A stretch of DNA of 64,000 nucleotides from Paramecium tetraurelia (lineage: Eukaryota): assembly GCA_000165425.1 (NCBI GenBank), contig CT868018.1, positions 13,204 to 77,203 on the forward strand, read 5' to 3'. This document shows, piece after piece, positions 12,115-26,580 of the stretch (its first letter is position 1; every line of letters begins with the position of its first letter). The position numbers and the translations under genes are program-made. The notes under the pieces were generated by a model. That model was not told the origin of the DNA. It did no database searches and saw only the letters and a list, made by a program, of their open reading frames with translations.

Positions 12115-12817
12115 TATTATTTATTTGTTAATCATGATTACATTATTTTTACGAAATCCTGAATGATAACCAAAGTTGACATGAAATAGTTTTAAGAATC
12201 TTTTTATTCATTCATTCTTTTTTTTCTATGAATTTCTTATCTAAATTCTCGAAAATGATTTATCCACTAATACAAGTTACATTTTAGAGTAATCACAATT
12301 TTATAGTGATAATATGAAAACCTTTAAAAAATGATATCATAATTCAAATTCCTTAAATTAGATTACTTAACAAGTCTTTTTACTGATTTTTTTTCTTCAT
12401 TCTTTTATTTCTAATACAAATGACTTTTCTTTCGTTGATTAAAACCATAACCAAAGACTTAACTCCTTATCACTTTTTAATAAATCTCAGTTCATTTTAG
12501 AATTAAAATTATTTTTTATAGTATAAACAATTTAATTGGAATTTTTAGTATTTAACTATTTTTTTGTAAAGTTCATTGCTAATTTCTAGACTAATTCGAA
12601 TTTAAGATAGTATTTTCTCACCCCTAAGGAATAATCTCAAATTATGAAAAGTCTATTATCGAAACTCTAAACATTACTTTTTTAACGAACTCCATCTCGA
12701 TTACTTAGTTATAATGTTTTTATCATTAGAGTGCTTTTAGAAATCCCTCATACTTTGTATAATCTTATAGTAGAATACATAATAACTTCAATAATCAATT
12801 ATTAAAATAAAATTGTT

Positions 12818-13235
12818 ATGGATGATCTTTATTAAGCAGAAATCAGAACGAGATATCACTCTTCAATGACTTATTAAGAATATTTGGATACCCACGATTA
12901 GCCACCTCCTAAACCTACGTTAAAGTATAATTTATATATTGAATAGGGCTAAATAATCTCCACAAATAGTTGAACCTTTAACCCTTGAACCCCCCAAAGG
13001 ACCTAAAATTCAACAACAAAAATTGGCTATCTACACGCCCGATGAAGTCATATTAGAGGAATCTGAAACTGATGAAAAGCAACGATCAAATTAAAATCCC
13101 AGAGTACCATGTTAAAAGGCCTTAATTGAACATGTATAATAGGTTATATATTTATAGGATGTGAGAATACGTAGTCAAAGTGAAAATCTAGGTTTTTCTG
13201 TATTTAGATTCCTGTAATAAAAGAAAAAAGTATGA
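12818..13235 (+). CDS. Small hypothetical Pro-rich protein
   Basis: ATG 12818 (MDDLYQAEIRTRYHSSM), two tiny GT-AG introns (~12925-12946, ~13134-13157), TGA 13233-13235. Confidence 0.65.
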
Positions 13236-13821
13236 TTAATTATAAATTGTTTTATTCATGTTTTTTCACTTCCACAATGGATTTCCTTGAACCCTTCATA
13301 TGTAAATGCCATAATCAATCTAATATATTAACTTAATTTGCAAAACGAATTAAATTTTTTGAAAAGGAATTTTAAAGAGAATCCTCTGAAAATCAATCAT
13401 TAATAAATTTCAATTTAAATGCCGCTAAATTGGTTAGAAAATAATGATTCCATTTTTCTCTTAATCTTTAGCAAGATCTTTCAATCCTGTTAAATTTCAT
13501 AGGGTATTAAAATCACTGATTTCAAAATAAGTCATAATATTACTTGATATTTTCTTTGATTTTATGTTAGAATTTGTAGGAAGAATAATATGAAATAAAA
13601 TAATTCTTAATTCTAATTTAGATATTTCAAAATGAAACATTGGAATAACAATAATCTATATTATGAATTCATTTTTATATAGTAAACTTTACCAGAATTC
13701 ATTAGGCTTTCGGATGCCAATGAGACAAATAAAATCAATATTGAAATAATTATATTTTATTAAGTACTCTTTGAACCTACTATATTAAGAGGGAATTATA
13801 ATACAATAGATATTTTACACA

Positions 13822-15195
13822 TCATAAATCATCAGAAACTTACTTTTTTCCTTATTTATCGATAAATTCACTAATTGCTTCTAATGTTAATGGACCATCA
13901 AATGTAACAACTTGTCTTGTTTAAGAATTGTACCATCTAATCATTGGAACTTCTTTAATGAATTAATCTTTAACCTAAACAAAAAAATAAATTGATAGTT
14001 TACTTCGTTTTCACTTGCATCAAACATGCCAAAAGCTTTTTATCCTCTATATTTTTAAAATAGTTGCTCAAAAATAGGAGTAAATTATTGGCAAACTTTA
14101 CACCAACCAGAATAAAAATAGATAAAAATATTATCATGTTTAGGTAAATCTTCTCCAACAATTGTTAATATTTATTTTTCCCAATTTTCATTTTTAACTG
14201 GTGTCTAACTCTTATAATAAGGTTCTAACTTTTTGTTAAGGAAATTATTCACAAATTTTCTAAGTTCACTTAATTCAGAAAATTATGTTCTATATTTCTT
14301 TTAGGAATGGGTTTAATCATAAATAACAGCTAAGGGACGTTAAATGCCTTTAACTCCTAAGTAATTTAATAATCGATCTGTCACTTAATCCTACTTGACT
14401 AATATTGTATTAATTCTAGAATTAATATTATTATTATTACTCTTTTTAATGTGTTTTGGCTAAGTCTCTATAATCTTTTTCATCAAAAATGAATAAGACT
14501 GGCTTTTTGGGTTCATAAAAAGCAGTTTCAACAGACTCTTGTGTAAATTCTTAATAATATTTTTCTTCGTGATCCTCAACAAATTTGAAGACTTTTTCAT
14601 AGGTAATTTCTCCATCGTAGTCGTATCTATTAAGACCTTTTTCTGTAAACATTACAAGTGTAGTTTCTTCTCCGACATTGAGTAATGATCGAGCATTTGG
14701 TAGGGTGGTATAAGTGAAATGGACGTGATGTTTGAGAGTTTTGAGCCATTTCAATTCCTACTTGAATTAGTCGTTGAAAACTAAAACACTAATATTATGG
14801 GACTCATGGATCCATCTTATTGTTGGTTCTGAATCAGAATCTGATATATATGATAATGCTCTTATATCTGTCCATGCTTCTAATTTTTTCTATTCCCATT
14901 CACCAGAATGTTCTGTGTAAAGTCCTTTCACGTATAGTCTTAGGACAGGATATCTATTAAGCTCATAATTTTTGATTCTAGCCACTGGAATTCCAATACT
15001 TCCAGGAGTACCAACATTGATCATTTCAGATGCTTTTTCTAATTCTTCTTCCAATCTTTGGCAGTGATTACAATCATCACGAGTAAAAAAGATCAAGGTG
15101 TAGTTTTATTTTTGGACCCATTTCTCTAAATTTGTAATGTTGGTCATTTTGCAAGAAGCTAGAACAACTAGAAGAATAAAATACACGTAATGCAT
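13822..15195 (-). CDS. Protein disulfide isomerase-like ER protein (thioredoxin domains)
   Basis: Signal peptide MHYVYFILLVVLASC, active sites CNHC and WCKVC, C-terminal SDDL (KDEL-type ER retrieval signal), two tiny introns. Confidence 0.88.
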
Positions 15196-15206
15196 TAATT
15201 TTATTA

Positions 15207-15678
15207 ATGGGAAACCAAAGCGAAAAAAAAATAGCTTAATTTAAATAAAAAGTCATTGGTTATTACTTTTACCCTACGACTGCTATTTGCATATTATTTC
15301 TGCTTGCCAATTTATATTATGGTTATGCTTTGACAATATGGGGTGGCATAGTAATTTCAATAATCACATTAATACAATACTTTTGCTATAATTAGATTAG
15401 CAAGTCATTAGAATTGGGTTTGAATGCAGATTCCTATTCCATTTATTTGGATGTTTTAGCATTAAATGGAGCCATTCAAGTATATTTTATATCTAAATTA
15501 GTTTGGTAGCATATTGTTTGACTTCTTCTGGTATGGCTATTGGATTATCCCATTAATATTGTTGTACAAAGGATCCCTAATCATTTGGGGCTGGTTGTAG
15601 AAGCCTTAATATGCCGAAGATGATAAAAAAGACAAAAAGAAAAAAGATAATAAACCCAAAGTAAAATATGTTAAATGA
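15207..15678 (+). CDS. SND2: SRP-independent targeting protein SND2/TMEM208 (DUF788) family
   Basis: MGNQSEKKIAQ...SIYLDVLALNGAIQ|FGSILFDFFWYGYWIIPLILLYK...KKKKDNKPKVKYVK. 22-nt intron 15480-15501, 149 aa. Confidence 0.8.
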
Positions 15679-15714
15679 ATATTAATAAATATATAAATAA
15701 TTGTTAAATACCAA

Positions 15715-16740
15715 TCATTCTATTTCCACAGCTGATTCCACTACCAAACTTTATTTTAATCTCTGTTAATTCGGATAAAATATCAATATCAGTATTGAAG
15801 TAGGTATGTAATCACTCAGCAAATATAATCCAAATGATATGAAAGACCTTGTCATACACAATAAATCCATACCACAATAGAGTATCCTTTGTATTTTCAC
15901 TGTTAAATCCATATTTAAAATCTATTAAAAAACTCGTACACCAAATTCTTAGCTAAAAGAATACTAGTCTCACTGCTTGTCCCAATATCAGCAAAACAAT
16001 TGAATAATTAAGCTAAATTTATTATTATTTACTATACGTATTTTTTGTACTTTTAGCTTATGGTATCGATTTATTTAATGTGATTCTTGAACAATGCACA
16101 CCCTGAAACAAATATTATTAAAGTTAAAACTGAGTATACGAAATAAAGAATTGAATAACTAACCATCATATTTATTATACATTTTGTCTATTTCTGTATT
16201 CCATGTTGAGTAGTGATAAGATTCAGCCACAAGCAAAAATATTTGGCATGCAAACCAAAAACTAAATAGGAATACATTAATAATCATTTCAATATTAGAA
16301 ATACTCTTAAAATATTGGAAGAACTTCTGCATTATTGAAATCCTTAAATAAATCAATTCTCTTACCATTTTGCTCCTATGACTCCCAAAACTAGATCGTA
16401 AAAAATGAAGCTTGAAGATTGTAATGTTCTGAATACAGAGGGCTAAAATAACTATTATCCAGGATCCTTTAGGAAACATCCTAAAACTGCGTAAGAATAG
16501 GCTTGAATCCTTACTTAAATCAAATCTATTAATACTTAAGCATAGAATGAACAACAAAGTATTTATTTTTAAAAGGGTTGGATCCATGATTTTGATATAG
16601 AATCTAATTAGTTTATGAAAATTTGAAGCCTGCCATAAAATCATAACTGTATTCATCATCAAAATTATAATTGCAAATGCCTTTTCTAAATCATTTGTAA
16701 TGAAATCACTCAAGTTTTATTTATATTTCTCGTTAATCAT
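15715..16740 (-). CDS. Multi-pass membrane protein, GPR137/TOM1(THH1)-like
   Basis: Several hydrophobic helices. Last helix LYLLSDYIPTSILILIF resembles the family's E/DxxP helix 7. Tiny introns near 15848-15872 and 16013-16037. Confidence 0.55.
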
Positions 16741-17464
16741 AAAATAATTTGCAATTATTCTAAATCTCTATTAATTTTAAAAATAAGAATAACTTTTATT
16801 AATTTCTTTATTTCCGTAATTTCATCATCAAAATAAAACAATTATTTACAAAGATCATCCAATAAATCAAATAAAATCCTTAACAAAAAACTCATATATT
16901 CAAAAACTTATTATAACAGTGTAAAACTTATAATCCCTCTATTTCAAAAGAATTTTATATATAGAGAGTATCAATTTCATTAATATTAAAAACAACTCAT
17001 ATTTCCTTAATAAAAATAGTATTGATATATTTAATATGGTATATAAATACTTAATGACTGTCATTTTTAGTTAGGGTAAAGATAGAAATTTACGATTTGA
17101 TTTACATTGTTCATCGGTCTCTTTTTTCTTAATTTGGTAGAGTTAATATATAGAAATATAAAGAATTTAATGAAATTTCTAATTTAAATACTTTTGTCAA
17201 AATTTGTTTCAAAGCGATCATCATTTAGAAGAGAGTTTTCAAAATTATAATATTCTTAACATTTTGAATTATTTATTCTACTAGAAATTAAGATCTTATA
17301 TTAAGACTATTTAATTTAAAACAACTAATTCATGATTAAAAATCAAGATTACAAGAATCAAAGAAAAGATATGGAAATACTAAAATACTCTAGATATCTT
17401 GCTTCACTTACCTATATTTAAAATATGCTACTAAAACTAAAAGTTAAATATAATATAATAATTT

Positions 17465-20400
17465 TCATTTATTTTTGTTTGGTTTCTTCATATTTTCTAT
17501 TAAAAAGTTCTTGTCATGATTATGAGCAGGAATCTTGGCCAACTCATTATTTATGCCATGACCCTTAACGTTGGTTGGTGGGATGTATTTTGGTAAATGG
17601 CCTTTGAGTATGTAAGACCTTAAGGTTATATACAATTCTTACCAATACATGGATTCTGTTTCAATGATCAATTTGGCTTCCTTACGAATTCCGTATTCTT
17701 TAGGCTTAAAGCCCAATTTGAATTCAGTTCCTTTTTTACCATGTGGTTCTAATAGACCAGTTGTCGGTTCAACAGTGAATTCAGAATTCGAGTCAGGTGT
17801 AAAGTAGGCCTTAAAATTAGCAATTTCTTCAATTCTGTTGGTCAACCTAAAACTAACCTTTGTTAATTGATTAATTTCAGAGGTTATTACAATAACATCA
17901 TCGATTTGTGGTTCTAGAGCATTAACTTATAATTTAAATCTATAAATTAAATAGTAAGAAATACCTCCATAATCCACCAGATTCTACTTTGACTTGTAAT
18001 TCAGTTTGTAATTTGAAAGGCTTGTAAGGAATAAATCTAATATCAAAACTGAGAGGCTGTGTGACATCTTTAATGTGATGATCAGGCAAATTAATCTTTA
18101 GATGTTTCTTTAGAATTTCCATATCTGTAATTTTGTACATAACTTTCTCATTGCTTTTTAATCCATCTAACACAACATTCAATTTAGTAACTAAAGGTAT
18201 CCTGCATTTCGTTTATATGAAATGAACATTATTCATCTCTTCATTCTCAATCAAACCCAAAAGAGGATAAGTCCACTTGACTTGATGATTCATTACAAGC
18301 ACTAGATTACATCTATAGGATTTGATATCAACAGCGCTGAATTAGTAAGGTATTAGTAAACTGGATTAAGGGGCAATGGTAATTCTTTATCGTTTCATCA
18401 ATAAAGTAAATACTCCTTCATTTTGCTGTTGCATCTCCATTTGGACAGTCAAAGAGTCTTTCAAAGGATTTTTGAATTCAATTTATTAAGTGACAGATTG
18501 TCCTGCTTTACATACCACAGTAGTCTCTTGGAAAGGAGTTGGGGATTCACCAGTTCCGAAACATAAAAAGATCCACTTGCCAATTTCCTTAGTCTTAATT
18601 TAAATTTCACCGGAGTGAGCAGTAAGAGCTGAGGGCACAAATACAACGTAGACCGGTTTTAAAGTGTAAGGTTCCAAAACTAATTATTGGCCTCCCTCAA
18701 ATTCTAATGAGAAATTAGTAGGATTGCTATTTTCTATTTCTGCTACGATTGTATTGCAAGTTGGATTCTCAAGTAACATCTCACATTTATCTAATTTCCC
18801 AAGTTCAGTTTTAAATTAGGGGACCTTGATGCCTCCTCGATCCTCTCCAATAAGATTCAGTGTATACCAGATTTCACCCATTTTTGGATGACAGAATGAG
18901 ATACTACCTTTCCATCTTCCTTCTTATACTGGTTAGAATATTAACTAATATGTTGATGTTCCTCCTGGCAAGACTGAAAACCAAGGGTCCCCTGATAAGG
19001 CTTCACCTATAATTTGGACTTCATATGTAACATTTTCTGGCAAAGGATTGGCGATTTCGATATCAAATGCAATAGCCTTTCTAATTGGAGAAACCAAATC
19101 GACTGTGCCTAATGGTTTAGGATTAGCAGTATCCAACATAATGGTCCACCATCTATAATGACCATTTCCAGTGAAGGTGATAGATCCAGTGAATTGACCA
19201 CTAATTAAGGGATTGATGTTTAATTTGTATTCATAGGTTGTTTATGGTTAAATGGTAATCTCCTATTCCCCTGCAGCATTTAAAACATCTGTTTCCACAG
19301 AATATCTGAGTTCTTCATTGGTGTTATTAGCAACTGGAATAATTTGTGTGATTGGTTGTCTTGCCACTGCTTTTATCGTAAAATGTCCTTCTGATAAGGG
19401 TTCTTCTCCTTTTCCAATTAGTTAATACTCATAGAAGTCATTGGTTAAAGGATTGATAATAGATAGTTTGGCTTTAACCTCACAGATCCATTCAGGAGCG
19501 AATTACACCACTACTGCACCATTTGTTGGTTAATTGTTAAGTTTCTTCTTTATCAATTGTTCTTTTTAGACATTCTATTGATGGGAATCTTGATCCTTGT
19601 TATTCTTTTGGGTATTTTCTTTTGTGTCTTTGTGATCTGCAGCTTTCTCTTGTTTTCGTCTTTTGCTTTAGCCATCTCCTAATATTGAAAACCGATCATC
19701 TCCAACCAAATTGATCTTAAGATTAAAGTCTCGATCAGTATTATTGACAATGGGAATTTCTTATGTTACTACTTCCCTTGCTGGAATTGTCATCTCCAAT
19801 ATGACAGTTATTGGCTTTGGAAGTGAGGTTAATTAAATTCTAAATCTTCTTACATCAGTCTTAGTTTCATTGACTAACATAAAGTGACTCAGATAGTCTT
19901 TAACAGCAGTTTTGAAATTCATGAAAAAATGGATTAAATTTTGTTTATCATCTGATTTTTGAAGTTGTTACTAGGGATCCTCCTCATCATCTGAATTTTT
20001 GGTGTGATTAAGCAACAATTATTGGTAGTTGACCAATTGAAACACTTTGTCACAACTAATATAAGATTGCTGTTCCTCCAACTAGACAGAGAACATCACA
20101 TCTTCCATCGGTAAGTTAGGTTTAGTTTACAATGTAACTGAATTGGAATTTTGTCGATTTATTATTTTCTTCTTCTCAATTGTGAGTTGATCTACCTATT
20201 TCAATGCTGCCTTTAATTATGGATTGAAAAAGGGGACATGATGATAGAAGGAGGCTAGTTGATCTATGTACACTTAAAGATCAGGTTTAAGATCATATAA
20301 AACTTCAGGAGGTTCTACATTACCATGAATTTCATATTGGAATTCACCTACTTGGAGATCCTAAAACACAACCATGCATTTTTATTAATGCAATTAAGTG

Positions 20401-23400
20401 GGTAAGAATTGCATTGGCAAATTATACTAAGCTCCTCTTTTCAATCTGATACTCTCCTATTTACAAAAGAAAGCCGGGGGGAATTCGACTGAGGTTAATC
20501 TTTCCAGTCTTTGTTTTTCTTTCAATTCATTATCTGCTTCCTTTTTCTTTTCAGCCATTGACATAGCCTTCTTCTTTTTCTTAGGAGTCTCTATAACTAA
20601 TGGTACTTTAATTGGGACTATTTAAATAGTAAAATGACCGAATTCTGCATTTGTAAAAGTGTTTTAAACAGTTATACTAAATTCTTTCATCTCATACATA
20701 ATGGAACTAACAGTCCATATCTTTTAACTCATTCTTTCTGAAATCACTCCTTTTAATTCGTATACGATTGCAGCAGCTATGTTCTTATTACCTTTCTTAT
20801 TACAAAAGGTAATCAGAGCTGTTTATTCATCACTGATCCTTGAAGTGAATTTAATATTGTAATTGTATTTGCCTCCTGGTTCTATCTTAACTTGATCTTC
20901 TTCAATCGAAAAATCTGAGGACCCTTCCAATTTCACAAAATATACAATGGGATCTCTTGTAGTATTTGTTAACGTGATAGTCTTCATTACAATGGATCCA
21001 AGAACACATTTAAAAATTAGAGGTTCTCTTTTGGGCATGAAATTAGGCACCTAGGTGTATAATAGCATAAGCATCAATAGAGTCTCAGGATTGCTCATAT
21101 TAACACAATCATTGAGCACTAAATGAGACTCAATACCTATATCTTGGAGGCCTTTTAAGAAAATAGACATATTGCGACTGCAATCTTATTCTTATTTTGT
21201 TATTTAACCCAGAGGCTAAAAGTATTTCAATCCTCCTGGACCCAAGTAACTCAATAACATTGCTGTTAGGATGTGAGCATCTTTTAACATTCCAAAATTG
21301 ACAATCCTCACACTCTTTGATTCTTTCCAATATTATGTGGCTTAAAGTTCAATCCATCTTAAAATAAGCATTTCTTGGGTGGAGTAAACATTTGATTAAG
21401 GATATTCGTTGATGCTTCCATTTATCTATCTCATTGCCTTCAAAGTGACTCTTGGTAAATAGTAAATACGAAGGATTTGAGTAAATAGTATCAAATAAGA
21501 AGATTTGGAAACTTGATCAAATTGTTACTATGAATATTTTTGAAAATCCGGATGAGTGAATTTCATTTCAATTGTCTTTAAATACAATTAGTAATCATCA
21601 TAACTAAGTAAGTAACAAGGTCTAATTTAATTTAATAATGCTCCATCTACCTTTAATTGAAGCAACAACTCTTTGTATTGTTAATAAAGCAATTAGGAAA
21701 TCTAAGATTTCTGCTTAATGCCTTATAATTGAGCTCGAAAGGGGAACTAAGTTTTACCAGTCAGAAATGAAATGAGCTCGAAAATGTGATGACCTTACAT
21801 TAAGACAATAGATGATGGGAATATATCCAATTGGCCTACAAATTAATTGTACCATCTCTACACATGTTCACATTTACTTTCAATAGCCTTCTCTGATATC
21901 TATTGAGTTGATGTTAATTTTCTATGAATAGACTCCTTGCTGTCCTCTGATTCATCAGTCTAATTAATCTCCGTTAAATGAGGCACTCCCTTGATGAGAC
22001 TGATTTCTGATTGATTATCATACATCCATGTAGTAAATGAGCAATTATCACTAGTTGCTGAAACACTGATACTGTAACTATGCTGAGTTTCATCAATGAT
22101 TTCTAGAGTTTAAGAAATCGAAATTGGATTCTAAGCTGTATATTTAATCATCATGTCCAAATATTACTTTGTAATTCCGACAGTCTGGCCATCTAGAAAC
22201 TCTACAGTAAATCCTTCTAATGGTTTAACTGATAATTTTTATGTCTCAAATCCATCATTAAAAACTTTGAACTACAATTTGGATTCTATTCCCAAAGGGA
22301 CTGGACACAGTATTAACTCTCTTCTATCAAATTGGATACTCGGTTTTGCTGCTATTCCATGAAGTTAGACAATTAAATATGGTTGTCCTGGTTTGCTATC
22401 TTCTAGATAAATTTAAGCTTGTTTTTAATAGGTTCCTTCGTATCTTGGATTGAACATTACTTTAACTCTTAAAGTTTAGCCAGCATCAACTCTTCCAGCA
22501 AGAGGAATCACTTGAAAAACTGATGGAATATTTCCAGTATCAGCATCGATTTATATTTTAAATTACATTCCTTTGTATTCAGGATTGGACAGCAAGATTT
22601 CCTAAATATTGGGTTTGTTCTTTTCAGGAGGAGACAAAATGATCTTTCTTGGGAAATCTACAGTTTTTGGTTCCACTATGAACTTAGGAGAACATCCATA
22701 CACTTAAACCATTCTTTTTATAGAATCAATAGCTCCAAATTTATAGATTTCAATAGGCAATTAAAATGAGTATCTTTTTAACTCTTTAGGATAAAAATGC
22801 AATTGAAATTACACAGTCTGTTGAGGTGTCATATTCAATATGTATTTCTTATTTTGACAAATCATCTTCTTCTTCATTCTTGCAGATGAGAGTAAATCAT
22901 CGTCTGATTCTTCCTACTGCTCTTCTTCTGTATAGTTCTTTAGGAATTCTTATTATTGTTTCAATATCAGACATCCAACTCCTTCATTGGCCTCTGGATT
23001 TATGTCTTCATTTCTTAGATCAAAAATTAGTTTGACTTCAACATTGCTTTTGTTGGCAATTGTTAAGGGTAAGGCAGTCTAATTACCTAATGTAGTAACA
23101 TCTCCAAAATCAAATAGTTGCTATGTTATGATAACATTAGGAACAATACATTAGGCTGTCAATGGTATCCTGATTACTCTTCCAGATCTGAGCATCATCA
23201 ATATTTATGTATTAATGTTGTTGGGTTTGTCACAATTGATCTTAACAGTAAATTCCTTATTCTCATCAGGCAATATTTTACCAGAAGATGGAGACACAGT
23301 GCAACCCATAGGTAGATACTCAGTCAAAATCTTAAATATTGCATTGTTTCTGCTTGTATTTTTGACTTAAAATGGCAACTACTTTTCTTGTGCAACACAA

Positions 23401-26383
23401 ATCTCTGAGAATTCAACAGTACTTTTACAAACACATTTAACATCACTTACTAATCCAATGCATTTCAATTAGATTTCAGAACCATCCTTCACTTTTAAAA
23501 TGATTTTCTCTTCATCTTGTCTTGTAGGATTCTAATTTTTAAATACTGCATCACTCTCAGAATCTTGCGGATCCTTCATTATTTTACTGGGAGTATAGGT
23601 AATTTAAATAATTTAATTAGATTGTCCCTAAATAATTCCATTCAAACAATCAAGGGTGAATTTGGATCCTTCAGCCTAAATGAAATTGAATTATGCTGGT
23701 CCTACACCATTATTACTTAATTTGATGGAATCATTCACACTCATGCCTCCATCTTCATTAAATTACATTTTAACTGTTGTTTTAGAAACCTCTAATTTAA
23801 CTGATTCGACATTGGCCACAACCATGATTTCAAACGAATGTCTCTCATTCAAAATATATCTCAATGTTTATTTCAATTAACCTAATGATTGAGCCTAAAC
23901 GATTATTTCAAATTATCCTTCTTCGCCACTATCTATCACTTAAGGTTCTTGGAATGTCTTTTTCAATTCTTCCTTTTTGTCAATACAAAGTCTGGCTATG
24001 ATGGCATATCTCAAATTGTTATGTATAAAAAACGTTCTTGACATTGGAGTGTTAATGTAAATTGTACCATAATCAATTTTTATGGGTCCTGCTTAAACTC
24101 TCTTCAAATCATCTGCTGTCAATTCCCTGTTTACATCTCTCACTTGTTTATGAGATTATGGTCTCCCTGATAGTATTCTCTTGACTGGTTATTTTGGATC
24201 AGGTTTGAAATCTACCAATTCATCATCTTATCTTTTTAAAGGTTCATACTATTGGAAGGGTTTGACAACATAAAGACCCTCCTTATGATATGGAATATCA
24301 ATATCATTATCCATGTTATCCACTTGCAATCCCAATTCAAATTCGTAATCCTTAGGAGGTTTTGATCCCTCATCTTTCTACTTTTCTTATGCTTTTGTAA
24401 TTGTTTCAACTCTCTATTGAATTATTTATTATCTCTATTTTTCTAATCGATTATTCCTTGAATCCTATAGGAAATTGTTTGTCTACATAGCAGCTTTGGG
24501 TTTTTTCTAAGTATCCTCAAAGTATCCTTCTACAATATTGCCAGGCTGATGATTTTATTCAATAAGTTCATTATTTCTCTTTTTAACATATTCTATTTCT
24601 TTAGTATCGATGAATTTGGGATCTATTTAGAAATCTTCTGCTCTAGCCTCAGGTCCTCTAGTTTAAGGTCTCTTTTTGGCTATTTTCATGGCTTCTCCAT
24701 TGACTTTAACTGGAATAGTCAAGTAATCATTGAGTATCATGTCTATACTTTGAGAGTATTTTCCAACATTTTTTGGAGTAAATTTAACTTGGATAGTAGT
24801 TTAAGATAAACCATTAATTGTGACACTTTCAGGTTTAAAAAAGAAACAAGAAACCTTTTGAAATGAAATGTCCACTGGATAGGTTTACAAATTAGAAATG
24901 GTGAATAGAATGTCTTTATTGTCATTGACATCGCAATCTCCAAATTGCAATGCTTATTTTGATATTCTTACTAAAGGGAGCAATGCCTTGACATTAGTGT
25001 AAGCAATCAAGTCTTCATCAGGTTATTGAACAATAATTGAGTATTTGATTTCTCTAGTCATTTGCTCCTTCTCTACATCAACTCCAAAACAGATTTTCTT
25101 GGCTAATTGCTGTTCTTTGGGAGTTATTTGAATCATGCAAGTTAAGGATAACTCAACACTGGAATATGCTTAGACATAGCCTGTAGATGGTTGGATAACT
25201 AATAGTTTCTCACTCTATTCTATTCCTAATTCATTGGGTGTTTGTAGGTTTACAATATCATCATTTGGATTTATGATGCCTCTTCTTGCAATGATTTTGA
25301 ATTGATGACCTTTGGGAGCGTTGTTCACATATTTCAATTTGATGACTTTAGATTTGCCCATGTAAAGTTCTCCGAAATCCAAGGATGTCACTTGGGAGCC
25401 TTTAGAATCCATTAGGAATCTGGTGTAATCGACTGAACATGCAGCAATATCCAATTTTTGGGTTCCACCTTCACTGACAATATCCATGGTCTATCGAAAG
25501 TTGCCCATCTCATTAGCCTTGTAGATGATGCTGATCTATTGATATTCTCCAGGGGCAATAGTGATGAGATTAGGCAAGGCCCTTAGATTTAAGACATCGC
25601 TTTTTACTTGAACTTTAGCATCTGCGAAACCCACATTTTAAATCATTAATGATTTGGTATTTTCTGTACCTTATTATACAAATCCAAAATCGATGAATTC
25701 ACTAAATTTTAATTTGGAACATGCTCTATATGCAGCTAAATGTACTTCAGCTCTAAATTCATCAGATTCTATAACAATTACATCTTTATAAAAGGGAGGA
25801 GGTTTCTGATGTTGATTCAATGCAGCAATATCTCGTTCCGATTCCTTAAATAAAACAAGAACCTTCAGACCTAATCCAGCAGCTATGCCTTGTTGCATGT
25901 CATAATCAGCTCGGAATTTGGAAGCTTCCTTAAATACGAATAATTACTTTTGGGTTGTTACACTCTGATTCTGACAGGATATTTGGCCAAATTCTGCACA
26001 TTCAAGATTTGCTCATAAAGGATTCCAGGTTTGATGTCTTCGAATATTATTTCTTTGGGGTCAATGTGAAACATTTCCTTCACAATGCTTCTAGTCGATT
26101 TTGCTGCACTCTATATTCGTGTACCACCAACCCTCGTTTAGCCACTTTGAATTCGTGTGTAACCACTCTGTATGCGTTGACTATTATTCGTTGGCTGGGC
26201 AAAGCTCCCTATGCCAGACGGGACTCTTTGGGCAGATGGAAGGCCTGGACTTCTTTGCATTGCCGATTACACTGTTCTTTGATTTTATAAAGTCATCAAC
26301 GAAGGTTTTGCAGATTGGCTTCTTTGATTCGATAAAATTGGTTAGAGCGAACCTCCTGTAGTTGTGGGGACAGGTTGTTACAT
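17465..26383 (-). CDS. CFAP47: Cilia- and flagella-associated protein 47 (ASH/PapD-like Ig domains plus calponin-homology domains)
   Basis: About 2900-aa frame. Diagnostic segments SNVYSTQEMLILRW, FMPKREPLIFKCVLGSIVMKTITLTN..IVYFVKLEGSSDF and EFTVEPTTGLLEPHGKKGTEFKLGFKPKEYG..KLIIETESMYW. Few tiny introns. Confidence 0.85.
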
Positions 26384-26580
26384 TATTTTTTAAAATTATA
26401 TATATATATAAAATAAACAAATTAGAAACACAGTTCAATTGTGATATTTCAAATGTTAAATTATCTTACGATTAATTCTTCTAGTCTGCTCATCAGTTGG
26501 CTTGATTTCTTTACTATTTTTAGTTTTTCTTCGCGTAAACTAAGCTTTAATAATTTATATACAAAATTTTAAAGGGATTA

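Noticed and set aside
12133..12450. ~105-codon minus-strand open frame
   Set aside because: With only one stop codon, such frames arise by chance in AT-rich DNA. No motif or clear gene structure; at most a decayed remnant.
13255..13500. Myb-like snippet (RSCQRLREKWNHY) on the minus strand
   Set aside because: Short, ends quickly at TGA and has no second repeat. Cannot be supported as a gene.
21130..26438. Multiple + strand and off-frame ORFs within CFAP47
   Set aside because: Antisense or off-frame artefacts of one long minus-strand gene.
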